A DNA stretch of 64,000 bases, from NCBI RefSeq assembly GCF_006345805.1, contig NC_043003.1, forward strand, positions 24,924,001-24,988,000. The letters are read 5' to 3'. Below, in pieces: positions 53,036-64,000 of the stretch. Each line of letters begins with the position of its first letter. Within the stretch, counting starts at the first letter, position 1. A program made the translations under genes and the position numbers. This DNA is from Octopus sinensis. Taxonomy: Eukaryota. The notes beneath the pieces are model-generated. The model was not told the DNA's origin. It did not search any database and saw only the letters and a list, made by a program, of their open reading frames with translations.

Positions 53036-54074
53036 AAAAACAAAAAGAAGGACAAAAAAAAGCTGTAAAACAACGATTCGCCAACATGTTTTTTAATGAA
53101 TGAAGGGGGAAAAGGAAACGAAACACCCCAACACTATAAAGAAATATTTATAAATTGTTTATCGTGTCGTCGTATTTTATATACAAACGTCAAGTGCACA
53201 CATGGAAACCGTTTCCTCGGTTTAAGGCGTTGTGTAATAATTGCTTGGAACTTAAAGAGCAAATATGCTTTTAAACTTATGTCTATGAGCTAAAAAGTTT
53301 TGTTGTTGTTGTTGGTGGTTCCTTGGATAATCCTGATGGATAAAGATCTTCGTTGAGAGACACCCTCTAGACGTAACCAAACCGTCTTTCCACCACACAT
53401 AGTAGTTTATCTCAGGCTTGGTTGCGTTCTACATCTCTTCATTCTTCTTTCTGGTTTTTTAACAACAACAACAACAACAAAACTGTACAAAGGGGATTCG
53501 AAAGAAGTTTGGCTATTGTTTCTAGCAGATAGAATAGAATATTCATTCGGTCGGAAGACAAGTTTCCTCGCCGGCACGCGTGTTTCACTATCGTTTAGAG
53601 AGAACTGGTAGCGAAGAATTCTCTCTTCATTCATTGTTCGCCTCATTCTTCTTTCACAAAAACAAACACAAAAAAGAAAATGTGTATTATAGTTTTGCAT
53701 TTAATTATCAATCATCATTCAATTAAATCATAAGATTTATGACTAATGGATCGAAGAATATAAGACAAGATGTATGCGTTAGTAAGTATGCCCATTGTGA
53801 ATGAACAGAAACCACCTGCATCATCATCATCATCATCATCACCACTATCATCATCATCGTCAGCAGAGTCTTTATAATCAGCGCCAGCATCAGCAGCCAA
53901 GCTGAACATTATTATTATTATTATTGTTATTATTATTATTATTATTAATATCATTTGAACTCGCTACGTTCTGAGTTCAAATTCCGTCGAGGTCGACTTT
54001 GCTTTCGTCCTTTCGGGATCGATACATTAAGTACCAATGAAATACTGGGGGTCGATGTAATCGACTCATATACC

Positions 54075-54304
54075 TATTTCTTTACTACCCACAAGGGGCT
54101 AAACATAGAAGGGACAAACAAGGACAGACATAGGTATTAAGTCGATTGCATCGACCCCAGTGCGTAACTGGTACTTAATTTATCGACCCCGAAAGGATGA
54201 AAGGCAAAGTCGACCTCGGCGGAATTTGAACTCACAACGTAACGGCAGACGAAATACCGCTAAGCATTTCGCCCGACGTGCTAACGTTTCTACCAGCTCT
54301 CCTC
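54075..54304 (-). mobile_element. SINE family B nested in an opposite-strand SINE B
   Basis: 10-bp TSD CTCATATACC at 54065-54074 and 54305-54314. Confidence 0.85.
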
Positions 54305-54641
54305 CTCATATACCCTCCCTCCAAAATGGCTGCCCATGTGGCAAAATTTGACAAAAAAGTACGTATGTATACAACACATGCATACTTACACATACATACA
54401 TATTTACATGTGCATGCATAAATCTGTGCGTGTATATATATGTGCATATGCTCTTTACTCTTTTACTTGTTTCAGTCATTGACTGCGGCCATGCCGGAGC
54501 ACCGCCTTTATATCTGTATATCTGTATGAACAATATAAGTACCAGTTAGACACTGGGAATCGATGCAATCGACGAACCTCTTCGACCCAAAACTCCAGGT
54601 CTTGTGCTTACTTTTGGGAGGATATATATGCATGCATAATA

Positions 54642-54891
54642 GGTACTACTTAAGAAGAGTGGTCCCGGTGCGCGCACTCGCGTACACGCGCATTCGCGCT
54701 AGCTAGTCGTGACTGGTCGATCCTACAACGACTACCTAGCAAAAGTAAATAAAACACAAAATAGATAATTTTTTAAGCAAAGTTAATAAAATACAAAAAC
54801 ACAAAGTAAGGGTCGACTAGTTACGACTAGCTAGCGCGGATGCGCGAGTACGTGAGTGCACGCACCGGGACCACTCTTTTTAAAAAGTACC
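54642..54891. mobile_element. Mutator-like (MULE) MITE, 250 bp
   Basis: About 85-bp TIRs starting GGTACT. Perfect 9-bp TSD TGCATAATA at 54633-54641 and 54892-54900. Confidence 0.85.
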
Positions 54892-54923
54892 TGCATAATA
54901 TACATATGCACACGTATATATTC

Positions 54924-54984
<61 letters not shown>

Positions 54985-55111
54985 GTATGTATGTGTTTGT
55001 TTGTTTATGTCTAGCATCCTTATGTAGTGTACCTCAAATAGTAAAAAGACTTTCAACTGGAACATCGCGTAAGCACATGGTATAGTAGTTGTCAAGCTAA
55101 ACATTTGCTCA

Positions 55112-55144
<33 letters not shown>

Positions 55145-55666
55145 ACAGTCTGTGGTATCAGCAACGATGTTCACATTTCCTTCTTCTTTCTCTCCAAGGC
55201 TCATAGGCGTTAGCTGCGTACTCTCCTTCTCGTTCCCTTCCTAACTTTCTCTTGCTCTGACTCTCTTCGCCTCTGTGCATGTGTGTCCGTGTGACTGTGA
55301 GGGTGCGCAGGCGCGTGTACAAATTTATGGATACATGTGTGTGCATCTAAATGTAGGCTGTGTGTTTGTGTAAAGAGATATGTGTATATTTGTAAATATA
55401 TACATGTATATATGCATATAAATATATATATAATATACTTGTGTGTGTGTGTATATATATGCACAATATGTATATGTGGTCTATTGACTTTTTATACATG
55501 CTAGTGAAATTTCTAAAAATATTCGCTACCCTGTATATATATATATATATATATACACATATATATATATATATATAATCCGTTCTGTCTGTCTGTGTGT
55601 GTGTGCATCTTCTAGGATCTCGGGCATCCTCCATCCAATTGCGCTCAAATTTGATGTGTAGATACC

Positions 55667-55897
55667 TATTTCTTTACTACCCACAAGGGGCTAAACACAG
55701 AGAGGATAAACAAGGACAGACAAACGGATTAAGTCAATTATATCGACCCCAGTGTGTAACTGGTACTTCTTTAATCGATCCCGAAAGGATTAAAGGCAAA
55801 GTCGACCTTGGCGGAATTTGAACCCAGAACGTAACGGCAGACGAAATACCACTAAGCATTTCGCCCGGCGTGCTAACGATTCTGCCAGCTCGCCGCC
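55667..55897 (-). mobile_element. SINE family B (full copy)
   Basis: 16-bp direct repeat TTGATGTGTAGATACC at 55651-55666 and 55898-55913. Confidence 0.9.
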
Positions 55898-56041
55898 TTG
55901 ATGTGTAGATACCGACGGTATCAGGGTGTGTATAAGTCTTGAAAAAATTACAAAAGTCGGTTCCAGGTGAGAATGCGATTTTATTCAAATGTTTGACAAC
56001 TCAGCACCGTCCATTGGACGGGAGGGGCGCGTTGTGCTCGA

Positions 56042-56085
<44 letters not shown>

Positions 56086-56178
56086 AGAATTTACGAAAAA
56101 AAACCCAACAAAAGACGAAGACAGGTGGTGTACAAAACAAACAGATGTATTAGTATAACGCTCAGGAATAGAAAAAGT

Positions 56179-56214
56179 CTTTTACGTTTCGAGCCTATGC
56201 TTTTCTACAGAAAG
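56179..56214 (-). ncRNA. Minimal hammerhead motif, A6U core variant
   Basis: Minus strand reads CTTT-CTGTAGA-A-AAGC(ATAG)GCTC-GAAAC-GTA-AAAG. Confidence 0.55.
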
Positions 56215-57792
56215 GGACACAGAAAACAAGGAGAGAAAAAAATGTGTGTAGTGGATAACGATCTATCATGGCATCTGTCATATATATATAATATAAATTG
56301 GACATGGGCGATCGTTATATTCTTTCTTGTCTTGAGGTTCACAGCCAAACGGCTGGGTGGATTCGCGTGAAAAATGGCACACATGTGGAGACGGGTGCAT
56401 AGGCTGGAATGCGGTTTGTATTTTTTCTCTAGCACCCATACTTACCGAGAAAATCGATTAAAACATTTTCTAATGGAATTCCCCTCTTTCTTCCGCCATT
56501 AAAACAACCAGTTGCTTAGAAGCTGTTTTCCGACGGGATTGGGTCAGGAAATTTTCATACAGCTGGAGGCTCAATCGAAACAGGGGACCCGAAATGATAA
56601 GGTTGAGAAATGCTGTTATAGATTATGCCAAACCGAAAACGATCACAGCCACATCATCCAAACAGACCAGGTGACACCGGGCTTAGCTGCTAGTATATAT
56701 ATATATTCAGATGAATGTGGTACTTAAGTTGAGGCCCAAGAATTTAGTATGGTATTATTCATACAATTTCAAAATAAGGTGATTAAAATCAAAATAAGCA
56801 ACAAGGATATCCAGAGGTAATTCAGTACGATCGTTTCATGCGACTCCATTTAATTGAACAATGCAATCATTTCATTACATCAATTTAGAATGTAGACCAA
56901 TCTTCAGCTGCACAAAGACATAGAATTTGATTAAATTAGAAGAACCCATTAGTATAATTTTACCCAAAATCTCCAAGAAGATAAGGAGATAGACAAAGAA
57001 GATGTTTTACCAACAACATCACAATTGTAGCTGAAATTTTTTCAAAGAAGACACTGCTTCTCACTGATTTTTCTGTTATTTAGTTTCAATTACGGAGGGC
57101 GGGGCTCAGTTTTTATTTTATAGACTAGTTTATCAAATCTGAGAGAAGACAGAGGGTGGTATCTGTTTGGGGTCGAGTTGACATTCTAAATGGCATAGTT
57201 ATAAATCAAGATTTATTTGAAGCAATGCTATGAGGTTTAGCAAGAGAATACTTCAAACAAGATGTTGGCTGCTATTAAGCAGACCAATGCTAATGGTACA
57301 GGGGAAGTCTTATCATGTAGTATTACAGTAAACTACTATAAAACAATGCTGGTATATATATATACAGATAAAGTTTAGGGTTATCCTAAAGATTATTAAG
57401 AAGAATATTTATGAATATCGGAGATGTACTTGCATAGCAAGTGATTTGATCTGAGATCATGTGCTGAAACGAAAACAATTGCAGCATGGAAGGTGCACGG
57501 ATTTATGTCAGTGAACAGGTTGCGGTCTTAAAGCGACGGAAATATTTTGACAAATTAAACTTACATGTTGAAGCGAATCAAATGGCTTACAAACACCTTC
57601 CCCGCTGCAATTATTTATGAATACTTTTAGTATATATCAAATTTTACACAATAGAGGGAGGAAAAGGAAATATAGAAATAGTTCAGTATTTATACACTTA
57701 AATACTAACTTAACATATATCTTTGAATATTGATTAAATGGTATTTACTGGTATTAATAAAGGAAAATTGAGGTAAGAGAACATGCTAATTA

Positions 57793-58062
57793 TCATCATC
57801 ATCATCATCGTTTAACGTCCGCTTTCCATGCTGGCATGGGTTGGATGGTTTGACTGAGGACTGGTGAACCAGATGGCTGCACCAGGCCCCAATCTGATCA
57901 GGCAGAGTTTCTACAGCTGGATGCCCTTCCTAAAGCCAACCCCTCCAGGAGTGTAGTGGGTGCTTTTACATGCTACCAGCACGAGGGCCAGTCAGGTAGT
58001 ACTGGTAACGGCCATGCTCAAATGGTGTTTTTTACATGCCACCTGAACAGGAGCCAGTCCGG
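57793..58062 (-). mobile_element. RTE-type 3' tail repeat
   Basis: Same family as 38275-38600. Confidence 0.75.
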
Positions 58063-58449
58063 CAGATATAAAAAAACTTTTTTTGTAATTAACACAGTGT
58101 ATATAATTAAAAAAGGAAATTAAAAAATATGCTCTGAAATGAAATGCCATGTGAAAATAATTGATCCATTAAGGGGTTAAATATATAAGTTAAAGTTTTA
58201 ATGAAAGTAATTAAGGGTGACCACAGTAGATATAACTCACTAATTAAATATTAAAAATTTTTAGTCTAAGCTTTTATTTTAAGTAGTGAATATATCAGCA
58301 TAGCTTTATATAAGCTGATTATGAAATTTATAGAGATACAAGACTTAGAATAATGTTATAAATAAGAGCTAGTTTTAAAAATAAAATAAAATAAAGTAAC
58401 CATTGGTAGAAGATAATAGAAAAGGGATAAAATGGTTTACTTACTGAAA

Positions 58450-59500
58450 CTATGATATGGTATATTTAGCTTGTTAACACCAATAGGGAAGATTTTTAGA
58501 AAAAAAGGTTTAATAATTCAAAATATTAGACTAAAAATTATATTTACTTTTTAAGATAATATCTATAAAGGACTGATGTTTAATATCGGCTAAAGAAATA
58601 ATTAAGTTATGGAACAATTTTATTTTCAACTAATCTTTTTATAAAATTAAAGATTATATTATAGGCTTAAGAAGTTGTTATTATTACACCCTGCATGATA
58701 TTCATATTTTCTAGTTGGTACTTATTTAGAGAGGTTATTTATATAAAGATCTTTATACATACTAAGACCAGGAGGGTGGAGCTATTTGAGAAAAAGAAAA
58801 ATCAAGTAATTTTTTTTTACAAAGATCATTTCAAACAATGTTATCATGCTGTATATGTTTAAAAAGTATTATTTAGGGTAGTCCAGAAGATTATTAAGAA
58901 TGAGAATTTTAACAAACAGGCTACCACTTTTGAGTATATACCAAAATCCTTTAACTACAATAGAGGGAGGTAAAAGAAAATTGCAAAGAAATAGATTAAT
59001 ATCTATATACTTATTACTATCTAAAAAAAATTCACTGTGGAGATTATCAAATGGATTTAACTATTTAACATTCAATAAGGGTAACTGAGGTTAAAGAACA
59101 TGTCATCTATATACTGATTTAATTAAAGTTGAATTAATTTAAAATTTTGTGGCGATACAAGTAATATTACAGTTTCTAAGGAGTTCTTAATTAGAGGGGC
59201 TATTTAAAACCAATACACTGTTCACTTTCCAGACATTTGTACATTACTGCATATGCTTTATACACACTTTTGACAAGTTGTGGTGCACCTGAGCACTGTA
59301 TACAATAATTTCATTATTATTATTATTATTATTATTATAAATATCAAAATTAGGGGGATGGAACATTTTAAGAAAAGGGATAAAAAATTTAATTACTGAA
59401 ACTATTTTGAATAAATGTCATTTTTTTTGGTATAAGGTTAAGGCTTGTATAATATAAGGCTATCATGGAGATTTACCATTTAGGTGAGAGAACAAATATA
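58450..59500 (-). pseudogene. Highly decayed L1-clade ORF2 (RT) fossil
   Basis: Collinear frameshifted motifs LNQYIDDMFFNLSYP (YxDD, near 59115-59100), LKDFGIY and ITLFEMIFVKKNYLIF match the L1 RT motif order. Confidence 0.45.
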
Positions 59501-60146
59501 TTACAAATTAGTTAAATCTTAATTTAGGTAGTTAAAATTTTGGCATTTAAATTTTAAATGTGTGTGTGTGTTTACGTCCCCCGTTACTTAGCAGTTCAGC
59601 AAAAGAGACCGAGACGATAAGTACTAAGGCTTACAAAGAATAAGTGTTGGGGTCGATTTGTTCGACTAAAGGCGGTGCTCTATCATGGCCGCAGTCAAGT
59701 GACTAAAACAAGTAAAAGAATAAAAGAATATGTATGTATACATGATATATATATATAATATGTGTGTGTGTCCCAGAGATGCGATCAGTTCGGATGAATC
59801 GGGAATGGTCTTGAGATATATAATAAATATGGTTTATTTTTTCTGACCTCAATTAAAAACTAACTACAAGAAGATATTTTAAGCTTGGTATGTCACACCG
59901 ATAGACATGCTTAGACATATCAGTGAGTATTTAAATATCAAATATTGGGTTGGATTTTTTTTTGTCTTTGTTTTTATAGAAACTAAGAATGATTTTAAGT
60001 AAACAAGGTGTTGTGAAGAAAATGTCGTTTGAACTCAAATGGACAGAAACAAAAGATTGCTCAAGATTCCATCAAGTTACAAGCTCTGTTAATTTTCAAG
60101 AATAATTAGACCAGGGCAGTTTGATATAATGCTAGCAGGAAAGGAA

Positions 60147-60177
<31 letters not shown>

Positions 60178-60410
60178 AACTGGGGGGGAGGTAGAGAGAG
60201 AGGAGAGATAGACTGGGGAAAAGAGGGAGGGAGAGAGAGGGAGAGTGACAGACAGACTGGGAAGGGTAGGAGAGAGAGTCGGACAGGTAGTCAGAGAGGG
60301 GTGGAAAACGGGAGAGCGAGACAGAGAGGCAAGAGATGGAGAGAGGGGAGTGAAAGAGAGAGAGAGAGAGAGACAGGAAGAGAGACAAACAGAGAGAGAG
60401 AGAGAAAGAG
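60147..60410. repeat. Imperfect (GA)n polypurine tract
   Basis: Read directly from the sequence. Confidence 0.9.
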
Positions 60411-60929
60411 CAGTCATCTCTTCTTTGAGTCACACCATTAGTGTTTTAAGGGACGCGTTGAACGGATAATTCTGAATTATACAGTATCCGAGGATGATTG
60501 AGGCGAGGAGGACGAGGAGGCGGAAAACGAAATGGCCGTGGATGGAGTGCCTTTCATTACTCAATAAGGTCTGGTCAACTAGACAGATTAAACGATATTT
60601 TGAGGGTGAGGATTGGGGGTAACGTATTGGAAAAACAACAACAAAAACGATTCGTGGTGCTGGTGGTGGTGGTGCTGGTGGTGGTGCTGCTACTACTACT
60701 ACTACTGTTACTGCTGCTGCGACTATTACTAATATTAATAGTAAAACTGCAATTGCTACTTCAACTATTACCACCACCACCACTACTACTACTGCTGCTA
60801 AATTACATTTTGAACTAGATTTTGCCATGAGTAAAGAGTTTACGCAAGCCCTCAAACATATTTTTAACAGCGATCTTCTATTTATGATTCTAATATATTC
60901 GATATCTTCTGGGTTTTTTTTTTTGTTTT

Positions 60930-61662
60930 TGTTTTTACACCTTTCAGTCAGTAAACTGCGAGCATTGGGGGGGGGGGCACCGCCCTTGAAGGGTTTTGGT
61001 CGAACGAATTGACCTCAGTACTTTTTTTTAAAAGCCATTTTAAAGTCTGATATATTATATCGAACTCTTTTGCCGAACCGTTTAAGATACGGGAGCGTAA
61101 AAACCCCAGGATCGGTTGTCATCGGTGGTGGAGGCCACAAACACAAACGCACACACACACATATATATATTCTTTTATTCTTTTAATATTTTTAGTTGTT
61201 TCAGTCATTTGACTGCGGCCATGCTGGAGCACCGACTTTATTCGAACAAATCGGTCCCAGGACTTATTCTTTGTAAGCCTAGTACTTATTCTATCGATTT
61301 CTTTTGTCGAGCATCTAAGTTACGGGGACGTAAACACACTGACATCGGTGGGTAAGCGGTGGGGAGGAAAACACAGACACACACACACACACATATATAT
61401 GTGTGTATATATATCTCTTTTTACTCTTTTACTCTTTTACTTGTTTCAGTCATTTGACTGCGGCCATGCTGGAGCACCGTATATATATACACACGACGGG
61501 TTTCTTTCAGTTTCCGTCAACCAAATCCACTCACAAGGCTTTGGTCGGCCCGAGGCTACAGTATAAGACTCTTGCCCAATGTGCCGCGCAGTGGGATTGA
61601 ACCCAGAACCACGTGATTGGGAAGCAAGCTTCTTACTACACACCTAATCACACAGATATGCG

Positions 61663-61701
<39 letters not shown>

Positions 61702-61713
61702 TCTCTTTCTCTT

Positions 61714-61754
<41 letters not shown>

Positions 61755-61915
61755 TATATACGAACGACGGGCTTCTTTCAGTTTTCGCCAATCAGATCCA
61801 CTCACAAGGCTTTGATCAGCTCGGAGCTATAGTAGAAGACACTTACTCAAGGTGCCACGTAGTAGGATTGAACCTGGAACCATTTGTTTGGGAAGCAAGC
61901 TTATCACACAACCAC
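60930..61915 (-). mobile_element. Cluster of SINE family A copies and fragments
   Basis: Repeated tails (TTTCAGTCATTTGACTGCGGCCATGCTGGAGCACCG at about 61200 and 61445) and cores (about 61495 and 61765). Confidence 0.75.
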
Positions 61916-63141
61916 AACGATTGTCAAACGTACCTCCCTTGCCACTACATTGCTTGTAATGTCCAGCTCTACAAATATTTCTTTTTCGAGTAGCTCTGCC
62001 TTGCGATATCGAGCGCTATCGTGACATTAACATCGATGCACCAGTAAAAGGATAGTAGTATTGTTTATGTTTGCAAAAGTTAATATAATATTTAGCACTT
62101 TGTAATGAAGTAGAACGTCGTAAAATAGCAATTCATTAAAAATTTATTCACGGCGAGATGCTATGACAATGCATATATTACGCTCAGTTTTGTAATCTCT
62201 TCGCTTGTGTGCGCGCGAGCGTGCTCTGTGCTTTTACTAAGAACATAGCACACTATAATTATAACACTTCTTTTCCTCCACTGATGACTGCGTATGTCAC
62301 ATGTGAAACTTTTGTGATTTCGAAGATTAGAAGCTTCATTCAGATAGTTATTTTGATTAATTACTGGTGCGTTCACAGTGTTTTCTTTCAATACAGTCCT
62401 ATATTAGACAACGTTTTTTTTAGCCGACGTGGAATGTAACAGACAAGCGTAAACACATACTACAATATCTTCGAAGAGAGAAAATGTGGAATCTGGCGGA
62501 TAAGTTTCAATCAGGTATTGGGAGTTTTATCAATGATTAAGCACTATCTTTTACTGTCTACGGAAAAGCTTCATATAAATTGAATTCACCGATTTGCATA
62601 TGTAACGCATTCGTGGTAGCTGGTTGAATTAAGAGTGGTTTTGTTTTGAAGATATATGTTACACACTATAGGTTATATCAATAGCTTTTAACCAACACTG
62701 TATGTAATTCACAAACGATATTACATGCCCTGTCTTTATATACAATCCTTCGTAACATTTGTGTGCATGTGTGTGTCTGTGTGTGTGAGAGAGAGAGAGA
62801 GAGAGGGAGACATACACGCATAGAAAGAGAGTTGGGATGTATGTGTGTGCGTGTAACATACGCAAATACCAGCTTACTGTCTGGTGCGAATAAGATCACC
62901 AAAAATATTAATATGAAAGGGATACAAAGGAGAAGCTATACCGTGTCGTCCGTCGCGTGGGTAAACAAGGGACGCGTTCGGCTCTTAGGTAGAGGTGTCA
63001 ATTCGAAAACTATATTGTAGTCTCCACTGAATGTCAGTATCATTATCAATAAGCCTGCAACTAGTGGGAGGCGTGGAGTGGAAGGCACCAAAGATGTGCG
63101 TACTGGGGAAACCGAAGGGGGTTCCAGAAGGACAACCGTTA

Positions 63142-63300
63142 AGATTTGGAAACTGGAATCTCTCGACTAGACCATTACGGATAAAGAGCAAGATATAGTA
63201 GAGGAGGCCAAACGTTACCGACTAGATATATTCAGTGACCCCTCTACAAGGTCTCCATGGCTCTGATACTGTATACTCCAGTGGGTTTTTTTATTATAAA
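63142..63300 (+). pseudogene. RTE-clade APE endonuclease N-terminal fragment
   Basis: RFGNWNLS / DKEQDIVEEAKRYRLDI / HGSDT resemble the APE N-terminus (GTWNV...KE.ELV.E..RYRLDI). Confidence 0.45.
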
Positions 63301-63644
63301 AATTAGCTTGTGTAGTTTTTTTTTCGCTCGAGTTGCGGAGACACTCCCTTATGAAGTTCATGGAAAAAAATAGGGTGAGCCAATGACTGGCTTGTTGGAA
63401 ACTTGTAATGTTTGATACTATTTATTAATCAATCGGCGAACTGATTCGGACGGTGCCATTACTCACCAGATCCGATATGAAACTGTTAATGAGTCGACAC
63501 TGATAATTACCATGACTTCATAACCATCCCATGTCTTAGTCAGGCATTTCGTGTTATATCAAGGACTACGTTATTCAATCCAATATGTCCTCTGTATCCT
63601 TGTGTTGTGTTTCTATGTATGCAGACATGTAATATATATATATA

Positions 63645-63877
63645 TATTTCTTTACTACCCACAAGGGGCTAAACACAGAGGGGACAAACAAGGACAGACA
63701 AAGGGATTAAGTCGACTACATCGACCCCAGTGCGTAACTGGTACTTAATTTATCGACCCCGAAAGGATGAAAGGCAAAGTCGACCTCGGCGGAATTTGAA
63801 CTCGGAACGTAACGACAGACGAAATACGGCTACGAATTTCGCCCGGCGTGCTAACGTTTCTACCAGCTCGCCGCCTT
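63645..63877 (-). mobile_element. SINE family B (full copy)
   Basis: Near-identical to the other full copies; flanked by (TA)n. Confidence 0.9.
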
Positions 63878-63878
63878 A

Positions 63879-64000
<122 letters not shown>

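Noticed and set aside
53330-53390. CCTGATGGATAAAG... as a decayed hammerhead
   Set aside because: A9 and GAAA are missing; too degenerate to support.
62281-62315. CTGATGA...GAAAC as a hammerhead
   Set aside because: Stem II barely pairs, position 17 would be G, and there is no stem I.

Overview
Eukaryotic, repeat-saturated genomic DNA. It is very probably from an octopus, inferred from the SINE families and the (TA)/(CA)/(ATCT) microsatellite load. The only intact protein-coding gene I can support is a two-coding-exon actin on the minus strand (46823-46701 plus 40942-39938, 375 aa, one phase-0 intron after codon 41). It has a TATA/CArG-like/CCAAT promoter and a candidate poly(A) signal. The rest is mobile DNA: dozens of tRNA-derived SINE copies (my labels A, B, D, E, F), decayed LINEs (RTE, L1/Tx1), DNA-transposon fossils (hAT, Tigger/pogo, Merlin) and MITEs with readable TIRs and TSDs (hAT, mariner, Mutator-like). 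The most interesting signal is a set of eight minimal type I hammerhead-ribozyme motifs plus one degenerate copy, from several unrelated short repeat families. They show covarying stems, palindromic helix III and repeated non-canonical cores. One sits in a tRNA-headed element, and one is a twin pair forming a 164-bp palindrome. They look like Penelope-type termini or retrozyme-like elements. A complete, TSD-flanked, internally deleted Merlin element sits in the otherwise SINE-free actin intron. Almost all other ORFs in the supplied track are microsatellite or SINE artefacts. SINE boundaries without a TSD are approximate (about +/-20 bp).
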